Shown here piece by piece: positions 39,123 to 48,524 of a DNA stretch of 64,000 bases (position 1 is its first letter; each line of letters opens with the position of its first letter). Position numbers and translations under genes: made by a program. Origin of the DNA: Promethearchaeota archaeon. GTDB lineage: Archaea; Asgardarchaeota; Lokiarchaeia; Sigyniarchaeales; SOKP01. The DNA is taken from NCBI GenBank assembly GCA_019058445.1, contig JAHPZA010000003.1:548919-612918 (forward strand), in the 5' to 3' direction. A model generated the notes under the pieces. The model made no database searches, was not told the DNA's origin, and saw only the letters and a list, made by a program, of their open reading frames with translations.

Positions 39123-40799
39123 TTAGGAAATTTGTGTTAGGTAATTATCATCTATAGATATTTTCAATGATTCATAGAAGATAGAGCCATATTTCTGATA
39201 AAAATCTCTCTTACTCTTCATGATAAAATCTTTATTCTTAACTTCTACGTTTCCCTTTGACCAAAATATTTTACCTTGATGATTTAAATTGATTTTATCA
39301 TTCTGTTTAATGATTTCTCCAGATTTTATTACATATTCTATATTGGATAATGAATTTCTAAAAGTTTCATGATCTTTAGAAATATCAATTTCATTAATAC
39401 TGAGATCTAAAATATTGAGATCTGCATCTGCCCCTTCGCAGAGAGATCCTTTAATATTTCCTAATCCTAATGATTTTGCTGGACTTGCACGAGTTAAAAT
39501 GATATATTCGTTAAAAGTCAATGTTTTATCGTTTTCCTGTAAAACACTGTTAGTTAGGAAATCCTTATTCATTCCATCCATAAATTTGTCTCTCGCATCT
39601 TTGCTTACTAGCCATGTGGCAATCTCTGGTACATTGTGGATATTAGCATAGTTAGGATAATTCACAGAGAATTGTAATTGCCATTTATTCTCTACGTTAA
39701 GCGCTATGTCAATCCCATTTGCCCATAGAATGCAATCTTGAATATTTTTTTTATCAAATTTTCTTAATATTGCAAAAACATCGCCCTCAAATTCTACTGC
39801 TGAGCTAATAAGAGTTTTCTCATTCTCACTTCCATTGCCTTTCAATATAGATTTAATTAATCTTCGATCTGATGTAATGCAAGGATTTATTTTATCAAAT
39901 CCTACAAATCCTAAGTCAACATCAATAGTCTTATTTTCATTTAAATTATTAATCAATTCACTGTTATTCCCATCTATATTATAAGCACATGCATGAGCCA
40001 TATGAAAGATTTGTGAGCGCTGTAATTCAGGATCTAAATGGGAGTTAGGTTCCAAGCTTAATGATTTTACCTTATCTATTATTGTAAACAAATTATTTTT
40101 TGCTTTAATTTGTTCATACCCTTCTATATGAGCATGTACAGAATGAGGCATTCCCAATTGTTCATTAGCTTTTGTTAAATTTTCATATACATCCAAAGCA
40201 GAAAAATTATATAATCTCCCCTTAGCCGATACATCTTTTCTTAGGGTTTTAAAATTCCAGCTCTCAGATTCGAAAGGATTATATACTTTAAATCCGAATC
40301 CTTTGGTCATTAATAGTAGATCTGATAAAAACACCGCAAGATTATCTATCTTTCCTTTTTGATATTCTAATTCTAATGGCCAGAGGTTACTTACATTCAA
40401 TAACATAGCTTTATCTAAAACGGGTAAACTCTTAAAATTAAAGATAGTGTACCTTGCTAAAGAGGGAAAGACGTTCGCTTCAAGAATGAATGTATAACCG
40501 TTAGCGATATAAGATCTGGCAATGTAATCCAATGTTAAGCCATTCCATATTTCTTTAAATTCAGTGTTATTCGCTCCAATTAGCCGAGCCCAGTTAACTT
40601 GTTGCGAAGCAAAATGGCCATGAATATCTAAAGCACCGGGTATAACAGTTTTATTATTCGCATCAATTATTTTAATATTGTTCTGATTTGAAAATTTTTC
40701 TACGATTTTTCCATCTTGAATAAGGATATCCTTTATTTCTCCCTCAATTTTCCCTAAGGGATCAAATATTAATCCATTTTTAATCAATGTTTTTGGCAT
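39123..40799 (-). CDS. Formylmethanofuran dehydrogenase subunit A-like amidohydrolase (divergent)
   Basis: LIKNG..FDP, PGALDIHGH, GYTFILEA, GFKVYNP, LGMPHSVHAH, TRASPAKSLGL, KGSL..GADAD. Confidence 0.85.
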   Translation of the reverse strand: MPKTLIKNGLIFDPLGKIEGEIKDILIQDGKIVEKFSNQNNIKIIDANNKTVIPGALDIHGHFASQQVNWARLIGANNTEFKEIWNGLTLDYIARSYIANGYTFILEANVFPSLARYTIFNFKSLPVLDKAMLLNVSNLWPLELEYQKGKIDNLAVFLSDLLLMTKGFGFKVYNPFESESWNFKTLRKDVSAKGRLYNFSALDVYENLTKANEQLGMPHSVHAHIEGYEQIKAKNNLFTIIDKVKSLSLEPNSHLDPELQRSQIFHMAHACAYNIDGNNSELINNLNENKTIDVDLGFVGFDKINPCITSDRRLIKSILKGNGSENEKTLISSAVEFEGDVFAILRKFDKKNIQDCILWANGIDIALNVENKWQLQFSVNYPNYANIHNVPEIATWLVSKDARDKFMDGMNKDFLTNSVLQENDKTLTFNEYIILTRASPAKSLGLGNIKGSLCEGADADLNILDLSINEIDISKDHETFRNSLSNIEYVIKSGEIIKQNDKINLNHQGKIFWSKGNVEVKNKDFIMKSKRDFYQKYGSIFYESLKISIDDNYLTQIS

Positions 40800-40810
40800 A
40801 GTTTCAGCAC

Positions 40811-41191
40811 CTATTTTTCTTTACTTTTAATAGATTTTAAGATTTGATTAAAGCTAGTTATAGGATCTCTTGTTGCTTCTACATTTACAACTATATTCTT
40901 ATATTTAATGTCATTAGATTCACAGCTAGTAAGTTGATTAGCCCAAATTGAGATAGGCATGAGAATGGTCCCTTGAGGTATATTTTCATCTTTCTCAACT
41001 CGTAAAATGACATCTCCATTGTTATTGGTCACTTTTATATGTAAACTTGAAGTTAAATTCAATTTATCAAAATCTTTCGGATTAAGCATTCCGATTGGAA
41101 TATTTTCTTCCAAGGATTTTTCATCTCCAAACGCAAGCTCACGAGCTTGGTCATGATCAAACATTCTCATAGTATTTAATATCATATCCAT
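40811..41191 (-). CDS. FwdD-like molybdopterin-dinucleotide-binding subunit (divergent)
   Basis: ILNTMR, MLNPKDFDKL, VTNNNGDVIL, IPQGTILMPISIWAN; lies between the fwdB- and fwdA-like genes. Confidence 0.8.
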   Translation of the reverse strand: MDMILNTMRMFDHDQARELAFGDEKSLEENIPIGMLNPKDFDKLNLTSSLHIKVTNNNGDVILRVEKDENIPQGTILMPISIWANQLTSCESNDIKYKNIVVNVEATRDPITSFNQILKSIKSKEK

Positions 41192-41194
41192 TAT

Positions 41195-42505
41195 TCAATC
41201 ACCACCTCCACCTGGATTTATTTTATTAATGATTTTTATTAATAATTCCTCATCAGAAGGTATATTACTTGGAGGATTAAGAATTGTCTTGAGTTCAATC
41301 GGAACTTGATCTAGCCTAATTGCAGTTCCTGAAGTTTCAATTCCCGTAATTGCCGTTGGTAATACTATATCGGCAAGGTACGTAGTGGCAGATTTTTTAT
41401 TATCTATCACAATGATTGGTTTTTTTGCTAGTTTCTGACTCAAATTGCGAGGTAGATGAGAGATAGGATCGGTACCAACGATAATTGAACAGTCAAAATC
41501 TTCGCTATCAATTTTTGAGACGATATTTTGCTCAGAATTAACAAGCTGATGATTCTTAAACTGTAGCCCACCGATTTTACCACATATTGATAAGGATACG
41601 TGATCAAATCCCGCCATATTAAAATGGCCTCCCATCATTATTAAAGAGACTCGTCCTTTTTCTTGTTTGCTATTTATCATTTGTATTAATTCCAACAATT
41701 CGCGAATGATGTTCGACTCAGTTTGAGGTCGTAAAAGACCTTGTCCTAGAATTATAACCCCATTTTCAGCTTCGGATAAGTGTAATAATATTCTTTTTAG
41801 ATCGTCTCTATCGAGACCCGCAACTCCCTCTGAGGAGATGGTATTAGCAACACAACATTCTTCTTTTAATACTCGAATCAATTCCAAGTCCTTATTAGGC
41901 TGGATTTGTAAGGCCAAATCTCGGACACCCATTACATTAAAAGAGGCGGTCTTAACAGGATCGATTATAATAAGGGTTCTGATCTCACGTCCAGTCATTC
42001 GAAATTTACCTCTTGAAAAAAGAATTTTATTTAACAAACGAGGGATTGATTCTGCTGCATTGGCACCCCATAAAACTATTAAATCAGCTTTATTAATGAT
42101 CTCAGTATTAGTTGTTAAGGTTAGTCCCGTGCTTTGAGCAATGTTTAATACTTTTCCTTGACATATTGAGGAATTTGAATCAATAAAGCCATCAATTGCT
42201 TTTGCTAATTCGATTCCTTTTAATTGAGCTTCACAAGTCACATTAGAGAATCCATATAGTAGGGGTTTGGAGGAATTCTTAATGACTTCTACCGTTTTTT
42301 CTAATGCATCCTCCCAAGAGCATTTTTCTAAAACTTCATTTTTTTTTATCAGAGGATTTAAAATTCGATTGTTTGAGGTAAGTTGATCAAATCGTTCTTT
42401 ACCTTTTAAACAAGCTCCTAAAACCTCATCTATAAATAATCCATCACTTCTTACAATAATATCATCACAAAGTAAAGAACATCCCGCACAAGGAACTCTC
42501 TTCAT
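41195..42505 (-). CDS. Formylmethanofuran dehydrogenase subunit B-like (divergent)
   Basis: CAGCSLLCDDI...ACLKG, KPLLYG..TCEAQ, DSNSSICQG, ADLIVLWGAN, GHFNMAG, VGTDP..HLP, GIETSGTAIRLDQVPI. Confidence 0.88.
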   Translation of the reverse strand: MKRVPCAGCSLLCDDIIVRSDGLFIDEVLGACLKGKERFDQLTSNNRILNPLIKKNEVLEKCSWEDALEKTVEVIKNSSKPLLYGFSNVTCEAQLKGIELAKAIDGFIDSNSSICQGKVLNIAQSTGLTLTTNTEIINKADLIVLWGANAAESIPRLLNKILFSRGKFRMTGREIRTLIIIDPVKTASFNVMGVRDLALQIQPNKDLELIRVLKEECCVANTISSEGVAGLDRDDLKRILLHLSEAENGVIILGQGLLRPQTESNIIRELLELIQMINSKQEKGRVSLIMMGGHFNMAGFDHVSLSICGKIGGLQFKNHQLVNSEQNIVSKIDSEDFDCSIIVGTDPISHLPRNLSQKLAKKPIIVIDNKKSATTYLADIVLPTAITGIETSGTAIRLDQVPIELKTILNPPSNIPSDEELLIKIINKINPGGGGD

Positions 42506-42536
42506 TATTATATCTCCAAAAATTATTATTAAATTT

Positions 42537-43034
42537 TTATTGGTAATCTATTTTAACGGCTTTGCGAGGGCAATATGTTTCACAAACTCGACATTCCCGT
42601 TCTCGGCCCTCTGCTTCTAATCGCCGACAGTGCTCTAGATTTAATAGCTCACATTTTCCTCCTTTCACTTGAAATAATTGATGTGATTCAGGGGGGTAGT
42701 CTGGAGCTTTTCCACTTAATGTAGGAGGACAATATCTTGCATTTACTGGACAAATTGTAACACAGATACCGCATCCATCACATAAATCCTCATCAACATC
42801 AATTCTAAGCTCTTTTTTCTTCCCCTCTTCAGCTCCAATTAATTCTTTTAAAGTATCATATTGCTTTTTATATTTTGGTTCTAATAAAGGAGTACAATCA
42901 TCAATTTTTACTTTGCCTTGTAGTAGGTCTAATGCAAAAGCCATACACGTAGGTTTACCACATTTTTTACAATTTGTCTTGGGTAAAAATTTATACAGTT
43001 CCATAAAGTTTGAAACGGGAATTATTATCACCAA
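42537..43034 (-). CDS. Fe-S protein: RnfB/CdhE-type Fe-S-binding domain plus a ferredoxin-like domain (FwdG/H-like)
   Basis: LPKTNCKKCGKPTCMAFA...DCTPL; CDGCGICVTICPVN; CRVCETYCP; first gene of the fwd-like operon; exact start uncertain. Confidence 0.8.
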   Translation of the reverse strand: MVIIIPVSNFMELYKFLPKTNCKKCGKPTCMAFALDLLQGKVKIDDCTPLLEPKYKKQYDTLKELIGAEEGKKKELRIDVDEDLCDGCGICVTICPVNARYCPPTLSGKAPDYPPESHQLFQVKGGKCELLNLEHCRRLEAEGRERECRVCETYCPRKAVKIDYQ

Positions 43035-43215
43035 TAACTATCAAATTTGTCTTATTTCCAAATAAACTAAGTTTAACATACAATTAATTTCTTTAGTTTA
43101 TGTAATATAAATCGACGTTTACTTTATAGATTTTTAATAAATGTAGGTAGTAAGTATCCTTAATGATGCGAAATGCAAGAAAAAAATTTAAAATTAAGAT
43201 TGTTCTATTTCCATT

Positions 43216-43923
43216 ATGACTGAAGCTTTGTATATGAATGATTCCTATTTAAGAGAGTGGGCCGCTAAAGTTATTAGTGTCAAAGACGATAAATATATCG
43301 TCTTAGATAGAACTGCTTTTTACCCAAAGGGAGGAGGACAACCCTGGGATGAAGGATTTATAACTAAAAATGGTCAGAAATTCAAGGTAATATATGTAGG
43401 TAAATTTTCAGGTCAGATCAGTCATGAAGTTGATAAACCGGGTTTAAATAAAGGTGATAATGTATCTTGCACACTAGACTGGGAGCGAAGATACACCTTT
43501 ATGAGATATCATACTGCGTGTCATTTGATTTCTAATGTGCTTTATACTAAAGCCAACGCAAAAATAACTGGCAATCAAATAGAATTGGATAAAACTAGAA
43601 TGGATTTTTCGATGAAGGATTATTCTCCCGAAAAATTAAAAGCCTATGTTGAGGAAGCAAATAGAATTATCAAAAGTGACCTCCCTATTTCGGTTGATTA
43701 TATGTCTCGAGATGAGGTCATAAAAAATCCGGAGTTTGCCCGTTTAGCAAAAGGTCTACCTGAAGTTAATGAATTTCGAATAATAAAAATTGGAGAATTA
43801 GATAAACAAGTTGATGGTGGAACACACATCAATCATTTAAAAGAAATTGGGAAGATCGAAGTCATTAAAACAGCCAATAAAGGTAAAAATAATAGAAGAA
43901 TGTACTTTGTTCTAAAAGAATGA
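43216..43923 (+). CDS. alaX: Free-standing alanyl-tRNA editing protein (AlaX-M type)
   Basis: LDRTAFYPKGGGQPWD, LDWERRY.FMRYHTACH, QVDGGTH. Confidence 0.9.
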   Translation: MTEALYMNDSYLREWAAKVISVKDDKYIVLDRTAFYPKGGGQPWDEGFITKNGQKFKVIYVGKFSGQISHEVDKPGLNKGDNVSCTLDWERRYTFMRYHTACHLISNVLYTKANAKITGNQIELDKTRMDFSMKDYSPEKLKAYVEEANRIIKSDLPISVDYMSRDEVIKNPEFARLAKGLPEVNEFRIIKIGELDKQVDGGTHINHLKEIGKIEVIKTANKGKNNRRMYFVLKE

Positions 43924-44044
43924 AGATAAGTATATGGTGTTTTAAAACTAAGAAATATCTTTTTTAACTTCTTAATCAATTAGTATTTATTAAATTATTA
44001 TCATAATAAATCAAGAATTTTAATATTAAAACGAGAGTTTAAAG

Positions 44045-45445
44045 ATGAGTGAACGTGAGGAAATAACTGAAAAAAAACATGGATTCTTGGAGATCAATTC
44101 TTATAGCATATCTCAAGGACTCATAAATTTTAATATTGGCGCGTTTGGAGCGTATGTATTTTTTTTTTATGAGACAGAAGTTTTGCTAAATGTGGTAATA
44201 CTTGCATTAGCCATGAGTATATATGCTGCTTGGGATGCCATCAATGACCCCTGCATGGGGAATTTAACTGATCGATCCTTTTCTTTTACCGAAAAATGGG
44301 GACGCCGTTTTCCATGGGTTGCCCTTGGAGTATTTCCATGGGCAATTCTATATATTTTCATTTTTACGGTTCCTGACGTTGATCCTAATACAGGGGGATG
44401 GCTAATTTTTACCTATGTTTTAATTATTCTCGTTGCATATGATACTTTTTATACGATATGGAATATTAATTCTGAAGCGTTAATGCCCTTTAAATTTCGG
44501 GATTTTGACGAACGAAGAAAAGTATCAGGTATAAAAGCGATCTGGGGCATCATTGGCTTGGTTCTGGGGATTGCTGTTCCTCCGCTCTTTGTGGAGTATG
44601 GCGACAAGTCAAGTTATGTGATGCAAGGCATTATTCTAGCTATAATTGCTGTAATTCTTGGAGCCTTAATGTTACCTGGACACCGAGAAGATAAAACATT
44701 AATAGGACAATATTTAGAATCCGTACAGGAGCATAAAAAGGATGTTAGTTTTTTCAGGGCTTTAATTGAATCATTAAAGAAAAAAAATTTTCTTATAATG
44801 ATTACACTTCATTTTCTATATAGTATTTTGACAGGACTATTGATCGCATCGGGAAATTATTTTATAAGATATAATCTTAAGGAGGATCCTTCAGCATTTC
44901 TCCTTGTAATGCTATCATACTTAATAGCGAGTTTAGCAACAATTCCAATATGGATAAGAGTAGCCCAAAAAATGAATAATAACAAAAAAATGATAACAAT
45001 TGGTTCAGTGTTTATGGGATTGATGGTATTATTAATCATGTTTGTCAATTCGCTTATCTCATTCATAATTGTTATTGGTTTAGTAGGAATTGGTGGTGGT
45101 ATATTCTTCGTTATGCAAGATGTTATAAATGCAGATGTAATCGATGAAGCTGTTGTTTTAGATGGTGTACGGAGGGAAGGTACATATTTTGGGATTAAAT
45201 TCTTTATTGGCCGCTTTTCAAATGTCTGTGTATTTATTACACTAGCAGTCGTTCACATTGCTACAGGTTTTAATCCCGTTGTAGAAAATCAAACCCCACT
45301 CGCTTTATGGGGAATAAAAATACATATGTCATTAATTCCGGGAATAGCTCTTTTAATAGGGGCCTTAATTTTTTGGAAATGGTATGATCTTAGCACAGAT
45401 CGATTGGATGAAATTCAAGCTAAGATAAAAGAACTAAAATTCTAA
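44045..45445 (+). CDS. MFS transporter, GPH/MelB family
   Basis: DAINDPCMGNLTDR..WGRRFPW; ADVIDE...GVRREGTYFG. Confidence 0.9.
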   Translation: MSEREEITEKKHGFLEINSYSISQGLINFNIGAFGAYVFFFYETEVLLNVVILALAMSIYAAWDAINDPCMGNLTDRSFSFTEKWGRRFPWVALGVFPWAILYIFIFTVPDVDPNTGGWLIFTYVLIILVAYDTFYTIWNINSEALMPFKFRDFDERRKVSGIKAIWGIIGLVLGIAVPPLFVEYGDKSSYVMQGIILAIIAVILGALMLPGHREDKTLIGQYLESVQEHKKDVSFFRALIESLKKKNFLIMITLHFLYSILTGLLIASGNYFIRYNLKEDPSAFLLVMLSYLIASLATIPIWIRVAQKMNNNKKMITIGSVFMGLMVLLIMFVNSLISFIIVIGLVGIGGGIFFVMQDVINADVIDEAVVLDGVRREGTYFGIKFFIGRFSNVCVFITLAVVHIATGFNPVVENQTPLALWGIKIHMSLIPGIALLIGALIFWKWYDLSTDRLDEIQAKIKELKF

Positions 45446-45657
45446 TTATTCTTTTTTTCACTTTATTTTCATTCAATATATGGAATTGTTCTTCTATAAA
45501 AAATAAGCTCAAATGAAAAGAAAAATATAACCAAAACTGATAAAAAATTCATAAACAATAAACAATAGAGTTATTTTGAAAAAAGCTCTTTATTATATAC
45601 AGAATAAATTAAAAACAATGATATAAAAAAACTATTAATGAGAGTGGAGTTAAAATT

Positions 45658-46509
45658 ATGGAAAATGAAGAGGTTACGGAAAATGCAGTAAAAGAGGCAA
45701 TGATGGATCAGAAAATGTTAGCCATTAAGAAAAATATGGCAAAAATCAAGTATAAAATTGTTGTTATCTCAGGAAAAGGAGGAGTTGGAAAGACCACCGT
45801 AGCTGTCAATCTTGCAATTAGTCTTGCCAGTTTAGGTTTACGTGTTGGAGTATTAGATGTAGATATCACAGGCCCAAATGTTGCTAAAATGTTTGGAATA
45901 AGTCCAGAATTAAAACCGAGAGTCGACCCGGAAGCAAAGAAGTTTTATCCAATTAATGGTCCTTTGAATGTAAAAGTAATGAGCATGGCCTTTCTTACCA
46001 TAAATCCAGATGAACCCGTTATTTGGAGGGGCCCTATGAAAATGGGCGCTGTTCGTCAATTTTTAGGCGATGCAATTTGGGATGAACTTGATTATCTTGT
46101 GTGTGATTTACCTCCGGGAACTTCAGATGAAACATTGGACATCCTTCAACTTATTCCTGATGAAATTATAGTTGTTGTCTCGACTCCCCAAGAAGTTGCC
46201 ATAATGGATGCACGAAAAACAATAAAAATGGCAATGGTAATGGAAAGAAAAGTGCTTGGCTTAATTGAAAATATGAGTGGATTTAAGTGCCCTCATTGTG
46301 ATGGATACATTGATCTTTATCCTCCAGGAGGCGGTGAAAAAGCTGCTAAAGATTTTAACATTAAATTACTCGGAAAGATTCCTTTCGAAGCCGAAGTTGG
46401 ACAGCAAGGAGATCAAGGCTTACCCTTTGTACTTAAATATCCTGAATCAGAGAGTGCGAAAGCATTTAAAGAAATTGTAAACAAAATTAGAGGAATTTTG
46501 GAAACCTAA
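45658..46509 (+). CDS. mrp: Mrp/NBP35 (ApbC) Fe-S cluster carrier ATPase
   Basis: SGKGGVGKTT, DVDITGP, VIWRGPM, DLPPGTSD, TPQEVA, IENMS.FKCPHC. Confidence 0.93.
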   Translation: MENEEVTENAVKEAMMDQKMLAIKKNMAKIKYKIVVISGKGGVGKTTVAVNLAISLASLGLRVGVLDVDITGPNVAKMFGISPELKPRVDPEAKKFYPINGPLNVKVMSMAFLTINPDEPVIWRGPMKMGAVRQFLGDAIWDELDYLVCDLPPGTSDETLDILQLIPDEIIVVVSTPQEVAIMDARKTIKMAMVMERKVLGLIENMSGFKCPHCDGYIDLYPPGGGEKAAKDFNIKLLGKIPFEAEVGQQGDQGLPFVLKYPESESAKAFKEIVNKIRGILET

Positions 46510-46801
46510 CGAATTTTAATTTTCTTTTTTTCAATTAGTAAAGAATAATTCTATATTCACTTAGCATTCACAATTAATTAAAGTATAATCTTGTAAATGG
46601 AATCACGATTTTAATAATACTAAGGCGTTTTAAAGAAATATTATCAATCAAATAGCTAAGGGTTTTTCATATGAGCGGTCAAGAAAAATCTATAGATTAT
46701 AGTATCATGAAAGCTATTGTAATGCCTCAAGAAAGTTATAAAAGTTTGAAATTTGTATATACTTATTTTAAAGAAGGTTAATCCTAAAAAGAAAAAGATT
46801 A

Positions 46802-47284
46802 TTATTTAGTTCCATTTCGCAGTTTCCGAATTGCTTCTGTGAAAAATCCAAAATCCTGTATTGGAGCTTCTTTTTCTTTATCTTTTAGAATGTTAAAATA
46901 ATCTTCAATCTGTATATATAATAATTTTCTAAACTCATCAAAAATCGAGACATCTAGGCATTCTAGATTACCAAGTTCTTTTACATATGAACTATAAAAC
47001 ATATCTAATGCTTTTTCAACCTCATCTCGTAAGTGGTCGAGTTTTACTCCATGAGTTAAAATTGCGATTAAAATCAAATTATATTTATAGACTATTACCA
47101 TGTCCACATCTAATCCTTTGATATTAATCTCTTCAATTTTCCCCAAATTATCCTTACCAAATAAAGATAATGCCCCTACAAATGAAGATAATAATACGGG
47201 ATTAATCTCTGTATCTAAGATAAGATCGAGTAAATACTCTCCGCTCTCTTTACAAATTATAATACCCTTTATAAATTCCCTAAT
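46802..47284 (-). CDS. Longin/roadblock-like (profilin-fold) domain protein
   Basis: The frame stays open upstream of TTG 47146 and reads IREFIKGIIICKESGEYLLDLILDTEINPVLLSSFVGALSLFGKDNLGKIEEINIKG, the Asgard longin-like pattern. There is no ATG/GTG/TTG before the in-frame stop at 47318-47320; ATT 47284 follows GAGGT. Confidence 0.7.
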   Translation of the reverse strand: MREFIKGIIICKESGEYLLDLILDTEINPVLLSSFVGALSLFGKDNLGKIEEINIKGLDVDMVIVYKYNLILIAILTHGVKLDHLRDEVEKALDMFYSSYVKELGNLECLDVSIFDEFRKLLYIQIEDYFNILKDKEKEAPIQDFGFFTEAIRKLRNGTK

Positions 47285-47497
47285 TTTTAAAACCTCTACC
47301 TTATTATCATTCTTAGCTTACTTTCTGATAATAAATATATAAAAGTACCTTATTTTATAATCTTATATAATATTCTACTATTATGTTTCGAAAGTGACAA
47401 CAAAGTTAATTATCTACGATAATTCTTTTATGAACTCACTTACAGAAACAATATCCTCCTCTTAGATTATGTTTGTATTAAAAAAATTGAGAATTTT

Positions 47498-48394
47498 TCA
47501 AAAATCAGCGGTTTTCTTCTTAAAAATTAAATCTCCAATTTTTACTTTAAATATTCTCTCCATTAGCACACACTTGGCTTTCAATAAATAATAAACCTCT
47601 TTATTAGGTATTTCCATTCCATAGAGCGTTTCAAAATTACCTTGTCCCTTTGATAAGATAATCCCATTTTTTTCATAAAAATATGTTTTAAACTCATCAG
47701 TAGCACTCGGGATATCTACTCCTGGTACAGGATTGCTTTCAATAACTTTCACTATCTTTGTCAATCCAATGGATTCAGCATCCTTCAGTGTTGCATCATT
47801 TATAATCGGTTTTGAACGTACAGCAACGATAATCTCTATGTCAGAGTAAAGATTTTTAATTGTTTCCACTAAAAGTTTATCAAATACAATTTCTCCACAA
47901 TTATCAGCCAAAATTAACAACTGTCCTTTATTTTCATTAATTCTTTCTATTGAAGCTTTAAATTCATTATAGTCGTTAATTTTAAATTTATTTGAGGAGA
48001 AGTTTTTAATGTCATTAATAAGATCTATTTCATGTTGCGAAGCAAAATCGACTGTATTTCCTAGAGCTGCTGCTGCTATAGCCTCGAAGAGAGGGTCTTC
48101 GGTGTGATTGACAATGAATTTGACATCATCGTAATATTCTAAAGCAAGCTTATTATATTTATCTTTAAGATGTTCATAGGGATCTTCTATACCCAACATC
48201 TCCGCAACAAGATTGTAAGAGAAAGTGCCAACTATTGGAGCAGAAATTTCGTTTATATCACTTTCAATTAGGTATTCCATAACCCTTTTCTGGGCTGAAA
48301 TAACCGTTTCACGTGAAATATCTGGTTTAATTATCGTAAATGCTCTTAATATTTGGTTAAAAAGGCATCCAATGCATTCTGGCTCTAATTTCAT
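47498..48394 (-). CDS. DUF89/ARMT1-like damage-control metal-dependent phosphatase
   Basis: ECIGC, DPYEHLK, LGNTVDF, LADNCGEIVFD, PIINDAT, SKGQGNFETL, LKAKC. Confidence 0.92.
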   Translation of the reverse strand: MKLEPECIGCLFNQILRAFTIIKPDISRETVISAQKRVMEYLIESDINEISAPIVGTFSYNLVAEMLGIEDPYEHLKDKYNKLALEYYDDVKFIVNHTEDPLFEAIAAAALGNTVDFASQHEIDLINDIKNFSSNKFKINDYNEFKASIERINENKGQLLILADNCGEIVFDKLLVETIKNLYSDIEIIVAVRSKPIINDATLKDAESIGLTKIVKVIESNPVPGVDIPSATDEFKTYFYEKNGIILSKGQGNFETLYGMEIPNKEVYYLLKAKCVLMERIFKVKIGDLIFKKKTADF

Positions 48395-48524
48395 CTTTAA
48401 ATAAAAGATATTTATTTTTTAAGAAAAAGAGTAAATTCTCTAAGATAGAAAAATGAGGAATAATTTTAAATTCTTTTAAATAAAGATAAGAAATAACTAA
48501 CTAATTTAAAAAAACTTGATTCAA

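Noticed and set aside
41195-42505. Selenocysteine in the FwdB-like or DmsA-like proteins
   Set aside because: Neither has an in-frame TGA; the FwdB ligand position is a Cys codon. The TGA in the GH130 remnant is accompanied by a TAA, which indicates decay rather than recoding.
43216-43923. AlaX zinc motif CxxxH replaced by DGGTH as a sign of inactivation
   Set aside because: As I recall, Asp at this position is common in AlaX-M proteins, and the HxxxH motif is intact.
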